Source: Candidatus Woesearchaeota archaeon (GTDB taxonomy: Archaea > Nanobdellota > Nanobdellia > Pacearchaeales > GW2011-AR1). Taken from it: a stretch of 64,000 bases of DNA. The notes under the pieces were generated by a model, which did not search any database, had not been told where the DNA came from, and saw only the letters and a list, made by a program, of their open reading frames with translations. Location of the stretch: assembly GCA_964466575.1 (NCBI GenBank), contig CAYXNP010000005.1, positions 3,938 to 67,937 on the forward strand. Direction: 5' to 3'. Below are positions 40,110 to 50,399 of this stretch, piece by piece. Each line of letters starts with the position of its first letter. Position 1 is the first letter of the stretch. A program made the translations under genes and the position numbers.

Positions 40110-41231
40110 ATGAAAGTCTTGCAATCAATCGGTTTGTATAATTTACCTGTAAATGAGAATGCAGTAGGAGGAACCGAAATGTTTTTGTATCAATTTGATA
40201 AAGAATTAATAAGAAGAGGAATAGATTCTCGAGTTATAACTTGGAGCGAAAGCCAACTTTACGATGATCCAGAAAAAAGAAGAGTTATTCCTTTTATGAA
40301 TCCAGTCGGCAATGTAGAAAGATTTTTGCATGAACATGCAGAAGAGCCTTTACATATTCAAAGATATGCTGTTGAATTAGAGGAAATTAAAAGAGGAGGA
40401 TATGATTTAGTCCATAACCATACTTCAAACACATTTAGATTTGGAAATATTATTGACATTCCAATTATCACAACAATTCATATGCCTCCAGAATCATTCT
40501 TTAATCCAGCAAGAGATAAAAAAAGATATCCAAATAATACTTTTGTTTGTGTGAGTTATGCACAAAAAGAATTGTATGACGAAGCTGGATTAGAAATTGA
40601 TTATGTTATCCAGAATGGTGTTGATGAAGCAAACTTTACGCCTGCAGAAACAAGAGACAATTATTTATTAATTCTTGGAAGAGTTACACATGAAAAAGGA
40701 ACTGATATCGCAATAGAAGCAGCCAAAAAAACAGGATTAGATTTAATAATTGCAGGAAGTGTCGACGGTGATAAAGACTCTCAAAGTTTTTTTAATGAAC
40801 AAATAAGACCTTTTGTGGATGTGGATTTAAGTGATGAAGAAGATAAATATAATTCATATAAATCTTCAACCAAAAACAAAGGAAAAATATTTTATGTTGG
40901 AAGAGTTAATTTATTTCAAAAAATACCTTTACTCTCTCATGCAAAAGCTGTTCTCATGCCTTCACGACTAAAAGAAGGATTAAGTTTAGTTTCTTTGGAA
41001 GCTTTAGCATCAGGAGCCCCAATCATTGGATACCCCAGCGGCGGAATAAAAGAAGTAGTTATAGATGATAAAACAGGTTACCTTGTACATTCCTCTGAAG
41101 AAATGGGCGACGCTGTCCGAAATATTGGAAACATCCAAAATGATGCTTGCAGACAATTAGTTCTTGATAATTTTACTCTCTCAAAGATGGTTGATAAATA
41201 TGTCAAACTTTATCAAAGTATCCTAAATTAA
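40110..41231 (+). CDS. Glycosyltransferase family 4
   Basis: GGTE, HNH and EGLSLVSLEALASGAP motifs. Confidence 0.9.
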   Translation: MKVLQSIGLYNLPVNENAVGGTEMFLYQFDKELIRRGIDSRVITWSESQLYDDPEKRRVIPFMNPVGNVERFLHEHAEEPLHIQRYAVELEEIKRGGYDLVHNHTSNTFRFGNIIDIPIITTIHMPPESFFNPARDKKRYPNNTFVCVSYAQKELYDEAGLEIDYVIQNGVDEANFTPAETRDNYLLILGRVTHEKGTDIAIEAAKKTGLDLIIAGSVDGDKDSQSFFNEQIRPFVDVDLSDEEDKYNSYKSSTKNKGKIFYVGRVNLFQKIPLLSHAKAVLMPSRLKEGLSLVSLEALASGAPIIGYPSGGIKEVVIDDKTGYLVHSSEEMGDAVRNIGNIQNDACRQLVLDNFTLSKMVDKYVKLYQSILN

Positions 41232-42469
41232 TTTTCTAAAAGTTCATTATACGTTTCAAATGTTTGTTTAGCTACTCTATCCCAATTATATACTTCTATA
41301 CATTTTTTTCTGGCTTGTAATCCAATTTTCTTTTTCAGTTTTTTATTAAGAACAAGTTTTTTTAGTGATTTTGCCATCTCTTCATAGTTTCCAACAACAA
41401 ATCCGGCCGAACTATTTACAATTTCTTGTGGCCCGCCCGAACCTTTCCAAACAATTACAGGTTTTCCTGTTGCCATAAATTCAACTAAACTTAATCCAAA
41501 TGTTTCATGAATAGACGGTATAACTCCCACATCTGCAACTTGAAACTTTTCTAAAAGTGACCTTCCTGTTTGATAACCATGAAATTGTGTTCTGCTTCCT
41601 AACTTTAATTCTTTCACTACATCCATAAGATATTTTACATCTTTTCCTTTTCCTGTAATCATAACTCTTATTTTATCTGCAACTTCTCCGGATAAGCTGT
41701 CAAGGAGAATTGGAACAGAATAAAGAATTCTATCTACGGCTTTGTCAAAATCTAATCTTCCGCAGTATCCTATAACAAAAGAATCTGAAGGTAGGTCGTG
41801 ATTTACCAACAATTTTTCAAGATTTGCCATTCTTATAGGTTTAAAAAAATCTACATCTACTCCATTCGGAATAACCACTATTTTATTTCTAACTTCTCTT
41901 GGAATATCTCCCCCATAATAATCTCTATTAAACTCTCTTAATTGAGATTGAGAAACAAATATTGTTTTATCTGAATTTTCGACAGCAATTCTTTCTGATT
42001 CAATTCTCCATTCATTAAGAGGGTAATCTAAATCTTGCTCTCTAAATGCTACTGACATAGGTTTATCTAATTGATGAAGTTGTAAAACATATGGCAATCC
42101 TTTTTCTTTCAAAGCTTCTCCAGCTAAATGTGAAGACCAATAATGTGCATGAACTAATGAATAATCATCTTGTTTATCAGAAAAATATTCTAACACACTA
42201 TCTGCATATTTCTGCATATCTTCTGGATTTCTCATGTCAGATTTAACAGGAAGATCAAGACGTATAAGATTTACCCTCGGACAAAGTATTTGGGGAGAAG
42301 GTAAATCTCCAAAGTTTGGAGTTAATATATCAATCCTTTTATGATAATCTCTGCTTAATTCTTGAGCAAGTTTAAACATATATTTGCCCATGCCTCCTTT
42401 CCACTCTTCTTCATATGGACTTTCCCAATGACATATCCACAAAATCTTTTTACTTTCTTTTGAAGGCAT
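41228..42469 (-). CDS. Glycosyltransferase family 4, MshA-like
   Basis: GGMGKY, HAHYWSS and ETFGLSLVEFMATGKPV motifs. Confidence 0.9.
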   Translation of the reverse strand: MPSKESKKILWICHWESPYEEEWKGGMGKYMFKLAQELSRDYHKRIDILTPNFGDLPSPQILCPRVNLIRLDLPVKSDMRNPEDMQKYADSVLEYFSDKQDDYSLVHAHYWSSHLAGEALKEKGLPYVLQLHQLDKPMSVAFREQDLDYPLNEWRIESERIAVENSDKTIFVSQSQLREFNRDYYGGDIPREVRNKIVVIPNGVDVDFFKPIRMANLEKLLVNHDLPSDSFVIGYCGRLDFDKAVDRILYSVPILLDSLSGEVADKIRVMITGKGKDVKYLMDVVKELKLGSRTQFHGYQTGRSLLEKFQVADVGVIPSIHETFGLSLVEFMATGKPVIVWKGSGGPQEIVNSSAGFVVGNYEEMAKSLKKLVLNKKLKKKIGLQARKKCIEVYNWDRVAKQTFETYNELLEN

Positions 42470-42725
42470 TTAAAATTCCCCCCCATATTTTTTGCATTTT
42501 GAAATTAACTCATTACAAAATCTAAATTCAAACAAATACACTTTAGAAAAAATACATTCATTCCCGGCGCCTCTGCCGTTTTGTTTCATATTTCTTTTGA
42601 CACTTTCTCCCCCTATAAATTAACGAGTTTATTTTTTACAAACATATTAAAAATATTTATATTTTCGTTGATGAGAAAATAGTAAAAGAAGACTATTTAA
42701 AGATTATTGTTCATTTTGATAAGAG

Positions 42726-44306
42726 GTGAAAATGAACTGGCTCTTAATTTTATTATCGTTCCTTCCATTTGTATTGCTTTTATTTTTAATAGTTTGGCGA
42801 AGGTGGCCAGCACTTTACGCGATGCCATTAGTTTGGATAATTACTGCAATATCCCTATTTTATATTTGGGAGCTCAACATTATTTGGATTTCAGCGTCTT
42901 TCATCAAAGGAACTTTACTTTCTTTAGAAATAATGCTGATTATCTTCGGAGCTGTCTGGTTGATTGAAATCTTAAAAGTCAAAGGACAAATTAAATATTT
43001 TCAGTCTCTTCTTAGTTTTATTTCAGATGATGCAAGAGTTCAAGTATTAATAATTGCCTGGTTGTTTGGCAGTTTGATCGAAGGCGTCGCCGGCTTCGGA
43101 ACACCTGCAGCATTAACAGCCCCTCTTCTCGTAAGTTTAGGATTCACTCCATTCTTATCTGTTGTTCTCGCCTTAATTGCAAATTCAACAGCAGTAAGCT
43201 TTGGCGCAGCAGGAACGCCAGTACTGCTTGGCTTGGGCGGATTAGGTTTAGAACGGAATTTCCTAGAACAGCTTTCAACAAACATCGCTTTAATTCATTT
43301 AATCGCAAGCATCATAATCCCATTAGCATTAGTCTACTTTATTGTATCATTTAAATCAGAGAAAAATAAATTCAATGATCTTTCTCCAGCAATTCCATTC
43401 GCATTATTTGCATGGTTGGCGTTTACTGTTCCTTATTTCCTAACTGCAAAATACATCGGCCCAGAACTACCTTCAATAATCGGAGGAATAACAGGACTAA
43501 TAATCGTCTCGCTCGCCGCGCATTTCAAATTCCTAACTCCAAAAAAAATTATATCATTCAGCAAACATAAAAAACACAAATACCCTTTAAAACAAATTTC
43601 TCTTGCATTGCTTCCATATTTTTTAATTGTGATTCTCCTAACTTTATCAAGAACAATTCCAACAATAACAAAATACATTTCAAATATTTCTCTGTCATTA
43701 AATTCAATTTTAGGTGTTAACCTAAGCTACAAATTCCTTCCATTATTCACGCCGTCATTTTATTTAATTTTAACAGGAATAATTTGCATTTTCATTTTCA
43801 AAGCAGACAAAAAAGAAGTTTCTTCAACACTAAAACAAACCTTCAGCAGAGTAAAATATCCAACACTCGCATTAATCTTCGCTGTTGCGCTTGTTCAGTT
43901 GCTTTTAGTTTCTGGAAACGGAAATTCAAATCTTCAAAGCATGCCGTTGATTTTAGCAGGATTCTTCGCAGACACATTCAAAAACTATTTTGTTTTAGCT
44001 TCCCCATTTGTAGGAATGTTTGGCTCATTTTTAGCAGGAAGCAACACTGTATCAAATTTATTATTCGGAACATTTCAATTAGAAACAGCAAAAAACCTCG
44101 GAATGTCAGTAATAATAATTCTTTCATTGCAAGTCGTCGGCGGCGCAGTTGGAAACATGATTGCAATTCATAATGTTCTTGCAGCAGAAGCGACAGTTAA
44201 TCTGCGTGGCGCCGAAGGAAAAATAATAAGAAAAACAATCGGCGTAGCAATTCTTTACGCATTAATTGCAGGAATTGTTGGTTGGATTTTAACGAATGTA
44301 ATTTAG
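42726..44306 (+). CDS. lctP: L-lactate permease
   Basis: EGVAGFGTP, FGAAGTP and GSNTVSNLLF motifs; many TM helices. Confidence 0.9.
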   Translation: MKMNWLLILLSFLPFVLLLFLIVWRRWPALYAMPLVWIITAISLFYIWELNIIWISASFIKGTLLSLEIMLIIFGAVWLIEILKVKGQIKYFQSLLSFISDDARVQVLIIAWLFGSLIEGVAGFGTPAALTAPLLVSLGFTPFLSVVLALIANSTAVSFGAAGTPVLLGLGGLGLERNFLEQLSTNIALIHLIASIIIPLALVYFIVSFKSEKNKFNDLSPAIPFALFAWLAFTVPYFLTAKYIGPELPSIIGGITGLIIVSLAAHFKFLTPKKIISFSKHKKHKYPLKQISLALLPYFLIVILLTLSRTIPTITKYISNISLSLNSILGVNLSYKFLPLFTPSFYLILTGIICIFIFKADKKEVSSTLKQTFSRVKYPTLALIFAVALVQLLLVSGNGNSNLQSMPLILAGFFADTFKNYFVLASPFVGMFGSFLAGSNTVSNLLFGTFQLETAKNLGMSVIIILSLQVVGGAVGNMIAIHNVLAAEATVNLRGAEGKIIRKTIGVAILYALIAGIVGWILTNVI

Positions 44307-44322
44307 CACTCGCAAGCTCGTG
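44307..44322 (-). repeat. Module A hairpin directly after the lctP stop codon
   Basis: Minus strand reads CAC-GA-GC-TT-GC-GA-GTG. Confidence 0.75.
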
Positions 44323-44433
44323 ATATTAAAAATAGAGTTATCAAAAGACAACAATTCAAAACGTTAGTTTTGAAGCCACTGATAATCGAACAAGCTAGAC
44401 AATTTTAAAAAATAAAATAAATAATTAACCTAA

Positions 44434-44520
44434 TTAAAACTCATCATCGTCAGAGTCATCTGATTCAGAATCGTCATCTTCATCGTCTTCATCTTCTTCA
44501 ATTGTTTCGTCTTCTTCCAT
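44434..44520 (-). CDS. 28-aa poly-acidic micropeptide
   Basis: MEEDETIEEDEDDEDDDSESDDSDDDEF; AAGGGGG Shine-Dalgarno-like site upstream. Confidence 0.65.
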   Translation of the reverse strand: MEEDETIEEDEDDEDDDSESDDSDDDEF

Positions 44521-44633
44521 GTTTTATAACCCCCTTATGATTATATAATAAATCCCTTTATATTTTTTCTTTTTTAAAGCTTTCCCAACAAAAAATGTCA
44601 TCTTTAAAGCGTAATAAAGTTTTAAAAAGAAAA

Positions 44634-46382
44634 TTAAGCTTCACTAATTTGCTCCCTCCATAATGCTGAATAAAGTCCTTTTTTTTTCAACAAAGATACA
44701 TGAGTTCCTTTTTCAATTATCTTGCTATTTTCTAAAACATAAATTATATCAGAATGATTAATTGTTGAAAGTCTATGAGCAACAAGTATTGTTATCAAAT
44801 TAGGATTCGACTTGGATATTTCTTTTATTGTTTTTGTAATTTCCTTCTCAGTTAATGAATCCAAGCTTGAAGTTGCTTCGTCAAAAATAAGCAAATCGGG
44901 TTTCCTAAGTAATGCCCTGGCAATTGCAAGTCGTTGCCTTTCTCCTCCAGACAACTTCAAACCACCCTCCCCAATTTTATTGTTAAGACCTTTTCCTCCT
45001 CTTTCAAGAAGATTATCTACCGAAGCTAATTTCAATGATTCAATACATTCCTTATCACTCGCACCAGGTTTAACAAAAAGCAAATTTTCCCTCAAAGTTC
45101 CTGCAAACAATTGAGTGTCTTGACTCACAAGTCCAATTTTATTTCTTAATAATTCAAAGTCTATCTTAGTTGCATCAACACCATTAAACAACAATTTCCC
45201 TTTTGTTGGTTTGTACAATCCAAGAAGTAATTTAACAAGAGTCGTCTTCCCACTTCCACTCAAACCGACAAACGCAATAGTTTCTCCATTCTTAATATTC
45301 AAATTAATTTTATTTACAGATGGGTTGCCATTCGAAGCATAAGAAAAACTCACGTCATCAAACGAAATTGAATTAACTTTATCTATCGTCTTTGGATTAT
45401 CTGGTTTTTTCTCTGGCTTTATGCTTAAAATTTCTTCAAGTTTTTCATTACTCGCCTTAGCTTCCTGATATTGGCTCACCACAATCCCCAATTCACCCAA
45501 TGGAGCAAATAAAAAGAACGAATAAAAAAACAGCGACAAGAATTCTCCTAAACTAATTTGTTGATTATACAATAAAAACAACATTAAAAATAAAAGCCCT
45601 GCCCTCACTGCATTAACAATTGTTCCTTGAGTAAAACTTAACAGTCTAATATACTTAACCTTCTTCAATTCCAAACCAAGAATTTTTTCATTCATATTAT
45701 TCAAGCGTTTAATTTCCTGATTTTCCAAGCCAAGACTCTTAACAAGTTCAACATTTCGAATTGTTTCTGTTGTCAAACCAGCAAGTTCAGCAGATTCCTT
45801 AACAATTTCTCTCTGAGATTTTTTTATTTTCTTGCTGATTGAATAAATAAAAATACTCATAAATGGAACTGCAGTAATGAACGCTGCTCCAATACTCCAA
45901 TGAACATAAAACGCATAAATCAAAACGAAAAGCAATCCAACCAATGTTAAAAAAACAGTATTTATTGAACTCAGAATAATTGTCTGCGTATCAAGTCTCG
46001 CTTTTTGCAGCTTTTGAAGTATTTCTCCGCTTCTTTGGTCTTCAAAAACACCATAAGGCAGGGAAAAAGTATGAGATACAGCGTCGGAGTACATTTCTGT
46101 CCCAACTTTCTGTGTTATAACATTAACATAATAATCCTGAAAATTCTTCGCTACTCTAGAAACAAACGCTACTCCTATAAAAGCTAAAAGAAGTAAACCA
46201 ACACCTTTAACAAAAGCTTCTTTAGATAATTCACCAGTTTTCAAAGCATAGTTATCAATAAGCAAACGAATAATCTGAGGATCCAGCAAAGAGAAAAATT
46301 GATTTATTGTCGCAAGCAGCAAAGCTATATACAAAATTTTCTTATGATTTTTCAAGTATTTCCAAAAATTAGATTGCGCCAT
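44634..46382 (-). CDS. ABC exporter, fused permease/ATPase (MdlB/MsbA-like)
   Basis: GLSGSGKT, LSGGERQR and DEATSSLD motifs; N-terminal TM domain. Confidence 0.93.
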   Translation of the reverse strand: MAQSNFWKYLKNHKKILYIALLLATINQFFSLLDPQIIRLLIDNYALKTGELSKEAFVKGVGLLLLAFIGVAFVSRVAKNFQDYYVNVITQKVGTEMYSDAVSHTFSLPYGVFEDQRSGEILQKLQKARLDTQTIILSSINTVFLTLVGLLFVLIYAFYVHWSIGAAFITAVPFMSIFIYSISKKIKKSQREIVKESAELAGLTTETIRNVELVKSLGLENQEIKRLNNMNEKILGLELKKVKYIRLLSFTQGTIVNAVRAGLLFLMLFLLYNQQISLGEFLSLFFYSFFLFAPLGELGIVVSQYQEAKASNEKLEEILSIKPEKKPDNPKTIDKVNSISFDDVSFSYASNGNPSVNKINLNIKNGETIAFVGLSGSGKTTLVKLLLGLYKPTKGKLLFNGVDATKIDFELLRNKIGLVSQDTQLFAGTLRENLLFVKPGASDKECIESLKLASVDNLLERGGKGLNNKIGEGGLKLSGGERQRLAIARALLRKPDLLIFDEATSSLDSLTEKEITKTIKEISKSNPNLITILVAHRLSTINHSDIIYVLENSKIIEKGTHVSLLKKKGLYSALWREQISEA

Positions 46383-46426
46383 ATACTCACATAATAAAAT
46401 AGTTTATTAAATGTTTACTAGGATAA

Positions 46427-46638
46427 GGCTTTGTTGAAAAAGTATGAATTTTTTGAGTTAGGTAAAATCTTGGCAATTCAAAATACGGAATAAAGGTGGG
46501 CGAGTAATTTCGTGATAAGGGTGTAAGTGTGGGAAGGTGGGCGAAGTTACGAGTTTTCGTCGGAATAAAATGGAGACGAAATTTAGTGAGCATTACTGAC
46601 ACAAAAAATTTCAGTAAGAAAATATTTTCAACAGAGCC
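46427..46638. mobile_element. MITE, IS903/IS5-like ends, with a nested hairpin insert
   Basis: GGCTTTGTTGAAAA...TTTTCAACAGAGCC; flanks CTAGGATAA/CCAGGATAA (8 of 9 match). Confidence 0.88.
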
Positions 46639-46708
46639 CCAGGATAAATTATTTCTATAATTCTTCATCATAACAAATTTTATATATTCCAAAACCCATT
46701 AATATATT

Positions 46709-46885
46709 ATGGTATACAATGAATTTCACCTTCCTCAACCAAAAGAAGAAAAATGCCCGAAATGTAATGGAACAGGCATCATTAAAGAACCAAACGGCAG
46801 TGTCCACGTTTGCTTCGATTGCTTAAATTCCGGAAGATTAGACGTCCATGATAAAAACATAAAGAGTTCTGGTTTAGACATCTGA
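46709..46885 (+). CDS. 58-aa zinc-finger protein
   Basis: CPKCNGTG...CFDCLNSG. Confidence 0.7.
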   Translation: MVYNEFHLPQPKEEKCPKCNGTGIIKEPNGSVHVCFDCLNSGRLDVHDKNIKSSGLDI

Positions 46886-47512
46886 ATTATGTTGTCCTGG
46901 CCACTTTCCATCTAAAAAATCTATTTCAGATTGAATATCTCTTGCAACATCTTCAATAGCCCTATTTCCATCAACATAAGTTATGTTTCTTCCTTTATTC
47001 TTTGCCAACTTTGCAAAAGCTAAAAGATAATTAAATCTTAATTTATTTTGAAATTGCGCATCATCTTCAAATTTCTTTTCTTGCCTATCTGTTCTTTCCA
47101 TACAAACTTCTACTGGAGTATCAACCAAAAAAGTTACATCCGGAACAAGCAACCCCCGATGTCTTTCAATCAAATCATTAATATCAATCCCTTGAGTAGC
47201 CTGATAAGCAATTGTAGATAAATCATATCTATCTGAAACAACGTTCTCACCATCCTTTATTCGAGGCAATATGTATTCCTCAACGTGAATTCTCCTATCT
47301 TCAATGAAAAGTCCAGCTAATTCTTCTGCCCTAGAATAAGGACTTGATTCTTCTCTTAAAACTTTTCTAACTCGTTCAGATATTTGAGAATCATATGGTT
47401 CTTGTGTTAACAAAACCACCAATCTATCTGCTAAAATTCTTGCCTGAGTTGATTTTCCACAGCCATCAATTCCTTCAAAAACAATAAATTTTCCTTTTCT
47501 CATTTTCTTCAT
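46874..47512 (-). CDS. tmk: Thymidylate kinase
   Basis: FIVFEGIDGCGKSTQ and SDRYDLSTIAYQ motifs. Confidence 0.95.
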   Translation of the reverse strand: MKKMRKGKFIVFEGIDGCGKSTQARILADRLVVLLTQEPYDSQISERVRKVLREESSPYSRAEELAGLFIEDRRIHVEEYILPRIKDGENVVSDRYDLSTIAYQATQGIDINDLIERHRGLLVPDVTFLVDTPVEVCMERTDRQEKKFEDDAQFQNKLRFNYLLAFAKLAKNKGRNITYVDGNRAIEDVARDIQSEIDFLDGKWPGQHNSDV

Positions 47513-47608
47513 ATTTCAACAAATAATCTTTTTAAAGAAATCTGTACTGAAAAACATATTGATCCCTATCTCACAAAGATATTTATAATCAATGAGTATT
47601 AATTATAT

Positions 47609-48049
47609 ATGGAGACACTCAACACACTTATTCATGAACATCTCCTTCTTAGAGGACAACTTGATTATTTGGAAGCATTTACTTTGCTCGATGAAGAAAA
47701 CAAAATTGAAAAGCTCTCCCGAACATTATCGAACATAAAATCTATATGGGATCCCCACGAAGAAAAAGAAGAAAAGTTTTTTACAAAACTCAGCAAATCA
47801 GGAATTGGAATTGAGATACTTAATGAAAAAATGCTCATAGAAGAGCATAGGCAATTAAGAGGGCATTGGGAAGTGTTAAATAAATCCTTAAAAACAAAAG
47901 ATAAGAATAAAATATGGACAACATTGGACACAGACGGTAAAATGATTATAGAAAAATTCAGAAAACATATGGAAAAAGAAGAGAATTCATTTAGAAGAAT
48001 ATTTCTTCCATCTAATCCTCCGATAGATTTTAATGTATCGCATGACTAA
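47609..48049 (+). CDS. Hemerythrin-like domain protein
   Basis: EH, HEEKEE, EEH and HMEKEE motifs. Confidence 0.75.
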   Translation: METLNTLIHEHLLLRGQLDYLEAFTLLDEENKIEKLSRTLSNIKSIWDPHEEKEEKFFTKLSKSGIGIEILNEKMLIEEHRQLRGHWEVLNKSLKTKDKNKIWTTLDTDGKMIIEKFRKHMEKEENSFRRIFLPSNPPIDFNVSHD

Positions 48050-48056
48050 TCTTCGA

Positions 48057-48365
48057 TTAGTCTTTCATCTCAATCTTTATATTAACTGACTTCGGAATTC
48101 TTAAACGCATAATATGATGAAGAACTTTTTCATTCGCCGGCAAATCAATAAGTCTCTTATGAATTCTCATCTCAAATCTATCAAACGTCGCAGTTCCGTC
48201 GCCACAAGGCGATTTCCGAGTTGTAATCTTCAACTTTTTTGTCGGAAGCGGAACAGGTCCATGAGGAATAATTCCTGACTTTTTAGCAACATCAACTATA
48301 GAATTACAAATATCATTAAGCATTTCAATATCAATACTATTTAACTTAATTCTTACTCTTGCCAT
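48057..48365 (-). CDS. rpsJ: Ribosomal protein uS10
   Basis: GPVPLPTK...RKSPCGDG...RIHKRLID. Confidence 0.97.
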   Translation of the reverse strand: MARVRIKLNSIDIEMLNDICNSIVDVAKKSGIIPHGPVPLPTKKLKITTRKSPCGDGTATFDRFEMRIHKRLIDLPANEKVLHHIMRLRIPKSVNIKIEMKD

Positions 48366-48586
48366 TAAATGTAAATTTAAAATTAGTTTTTAAAGTTATT
48401 GATTGAGCACAGTAAACCTTAAATTAATATATTTACAATAAAAATGCTCGCCCACAATTTACCAATTATCATTATTATCAGGTGAATCCAGTTCACTTCA
48501 TGATTCCAATTTATATCACGAGTTTAAGCGAGTGGTAATTTTCATTTAATTTGTCTTAAAAGAAATTAGAAAAACAAACCAAAGAA

Positions 48587-49384
48587 TTAATAATCGCCCC
48601 TCTTCAATGCATCTAATTCTTCCATATCTTTTCTTAGCTTCGCCTCGATTGTCTTTATTTTATCCTCGTTCTTAAACTTATTAATACTTGCCTGCGCCTC
48701 TCTAATTTTTCTTTCTGCTTCCTCAATTTCTTTACTCAACGTAGCAGATCCTTTATTCATATCAGATAATTTTGTAACCCTAATCTCCTTGGGTTCAGAA
48801 CCAAGTTTCCTTTTCATTACCATTTTGGAAACTAAAAAAATTACAATTCCTGTAATAAGTACTAAACCAACAACATAGTAAACTACAGAAGGAATTAAGG
48901 TTTTATTTCCCTCACCTGTTGATAATCCAGTTAATGGTGTACCTTCATTTTCTTCAGAGATTATTATTTCTTCAGTTAAATTCTGTTCTTCAGTTAAATT
49001 CTGTTCTTCAATTACTACTTCTGATTCTTTTGGAATTTGTTCAGATAAAGGAATATAATCATCAGGATACAATTCATAAACTAATTGTCCGCCTGTTTCC
49101 TGATTATCAAATCTCTCAGTAAGAACCTTTTTTCCAAATTTAGAAATAAAAATAATTATATCAACATTCTCTCCATTATTCTTATAAATAATTGAAGTAG
49201 TTTCATTAGCAGGGGAAACTTCCCTAGTTCTATTAATAAAATTACCCCCATTAGCTCCATAAAAAGAAAACATAATATCATGATTTGGTGCAGTTTTTAC
49301 AATAATGTCTGTTGTTGTAGACGCCACAATCGGCAAAACAAACACCACAGCAAAGATTACAAACAACAAACCCCTTTTTATCAT
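48587..49384 (-). CDS. Secreted/membrane protein with C-terminal coiled coil
   Basis: Signal peptide, EEQNLT twice, TM helix and coiled coil. Confidence 0.7.
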   Translation of the reverse strand: MIKRGLLFVIFAVVFVLPIVASTTTDIIVKTAPNHDIMFSFYGANGGNFINRTREVSPANETTSIIYKNNGENVDIIIFISKFGKKVLTERFDNQETGGQLVYELYPDDYIPLSEQIPKESEVVIEEQNLTEEQNLTEEIIISEENEGTPLTGLSTGEGNKTLIPSVVYYVVGLVLITGIVIFLVSKMVMKRKLGSEPKEIRVTKLSDMNKGSATLSKEIEEAERKIREAQASINKFKNEDKIKTIEAKLRKDMEELDALKRGDY

Positions 49385-49432
49385 TATATAAAATAGAATC
49401 AAACGTTTTTAAACTTTATTATTAAATAAATA

Positions 49433-49609
49433 TCATTTACTTATGCAACTAACAGGACAGCTATCTATTGCTTCTTTTATACATTCAGCATTTTTATCGC
49501 CGCCTTTTTTTATCTTGGCTTTGCCGTCTTTTCCCATTTCAAACACACTATTGCAAATCGCCTCGCAAAGCGCGCATCCAATACATTCATTTTCATTTAT
49601 CTTAACCAT
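49433..49609 (-). CDS. Monocluster ferredoxin (58 aa; absent from the ORF track)
   Basis: CIGCALCEAIC...SCPVSCI. Confidence 0.9.
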   Translation of the reverse strand: MVKINENECIGCALCEAICNSVFEMGKDGKAKIKKGGDKNAECIKEAIDSCPVSCISK

Positions 49610-49664
49610 ATTTTATTATAACAAAATTCATTTTTAAAGTTTGTTAAGGAAAAATTTACAAAAA

Positions 49665-49960
49665 TTAGCTCGCGCATAAATTCGCGAAATATTGATAATT
49701 ATTAATATCTAAGCCCGATAAGTAAAGTGTCACAATTTATCGTCGTTTTTTAGTTAACCCAAAATTATTCACGAGCTTGCGAGTGCTAATTTATTTAGAT
49801 AATAAATAGTCAAATAGAATTCGCCAGCGAATTTCAATTTCTGAGCGTGTCTAATAATTCATTACAACCATTTAGTTTATCGACGTGATTTCGTTAATTC
49901 GTTCACGCTTCCGGGAGGGTGGGCGGGGGAAGGTGGCGGGAATCGAAATCACGTCGGAAG
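49665..49960. repeat. Cluster of hairpin repeats (module A and a D-like long stem)
   Basis: CACGAGCTTGCGAGTG at 49770; CGACGTGATTTCG...CGAAATCACGTCG. Confidence 0.7.
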
Positions 49961-50003
49961 AAAGCATTCAAAAAACATTATTTTTAGACACGCTTCCAAT
50001 TTC

Positions 50004-50399
50004 TCAATTTTCATAAAAATATTGTATCGCTTTTAAATTTTCTTTAGTAAACTTCTCACCTAAAAAATTCCTAATTTCATCTTCGGTAACTTTAACATTT
50101 ATATCTTTCAAAATCCTGCTAAGCAAAACCATATTTAATTTTCCCTTCGCTTCCAATTCATCTCTAAAAGACTCGTTAGTAATATCATACTTCAATTCAG
50201 CATCCCTAAACAGAGGATTATTTATTTCTTCATCAGAATAAAAAATAAAAGCAGAACTAACCCCTTTCCTCACTAACGGACTATAATCATGAGACAACGC
50301 AACATTAAATCCTCTTTCTGTTAAAGTCCTTGACAACATCAAACCCACAAATTGAACCCCGTCTCCTGCTTTTCCTTTAATAACAATTTTCTTAATCAT
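50004..50399 (-). CDS. 2-oxoacid:ferredoxin oxidoreductase gamma subunit (short)
   Basis: GKAGDGVQ...DYSPLVRKG...NMV. Confidence 0.8.
   Translation of the reverse strand: MIKKIVIKGKAGDGVQFVGLMLSRTLTERGFNVALSHDYSPLVRKGVSSAFIFYSDEEINNPLFRDAELKYDITNESFRDELEAKGKLNMVLLSRILKDINVKVTEDEIRNFLGEKFTKENLKAIQYFYEN

Noticed and set aside
46387-46692. 101-aa ORF in the track
   Set aside because: It spans the MITE and is most likely an accidental open frame.
48969-49010. 18-bp tandem repeat
   Set aside because: An ordinary coding duplication (EEQNLT twice) in a low-complexity linker.
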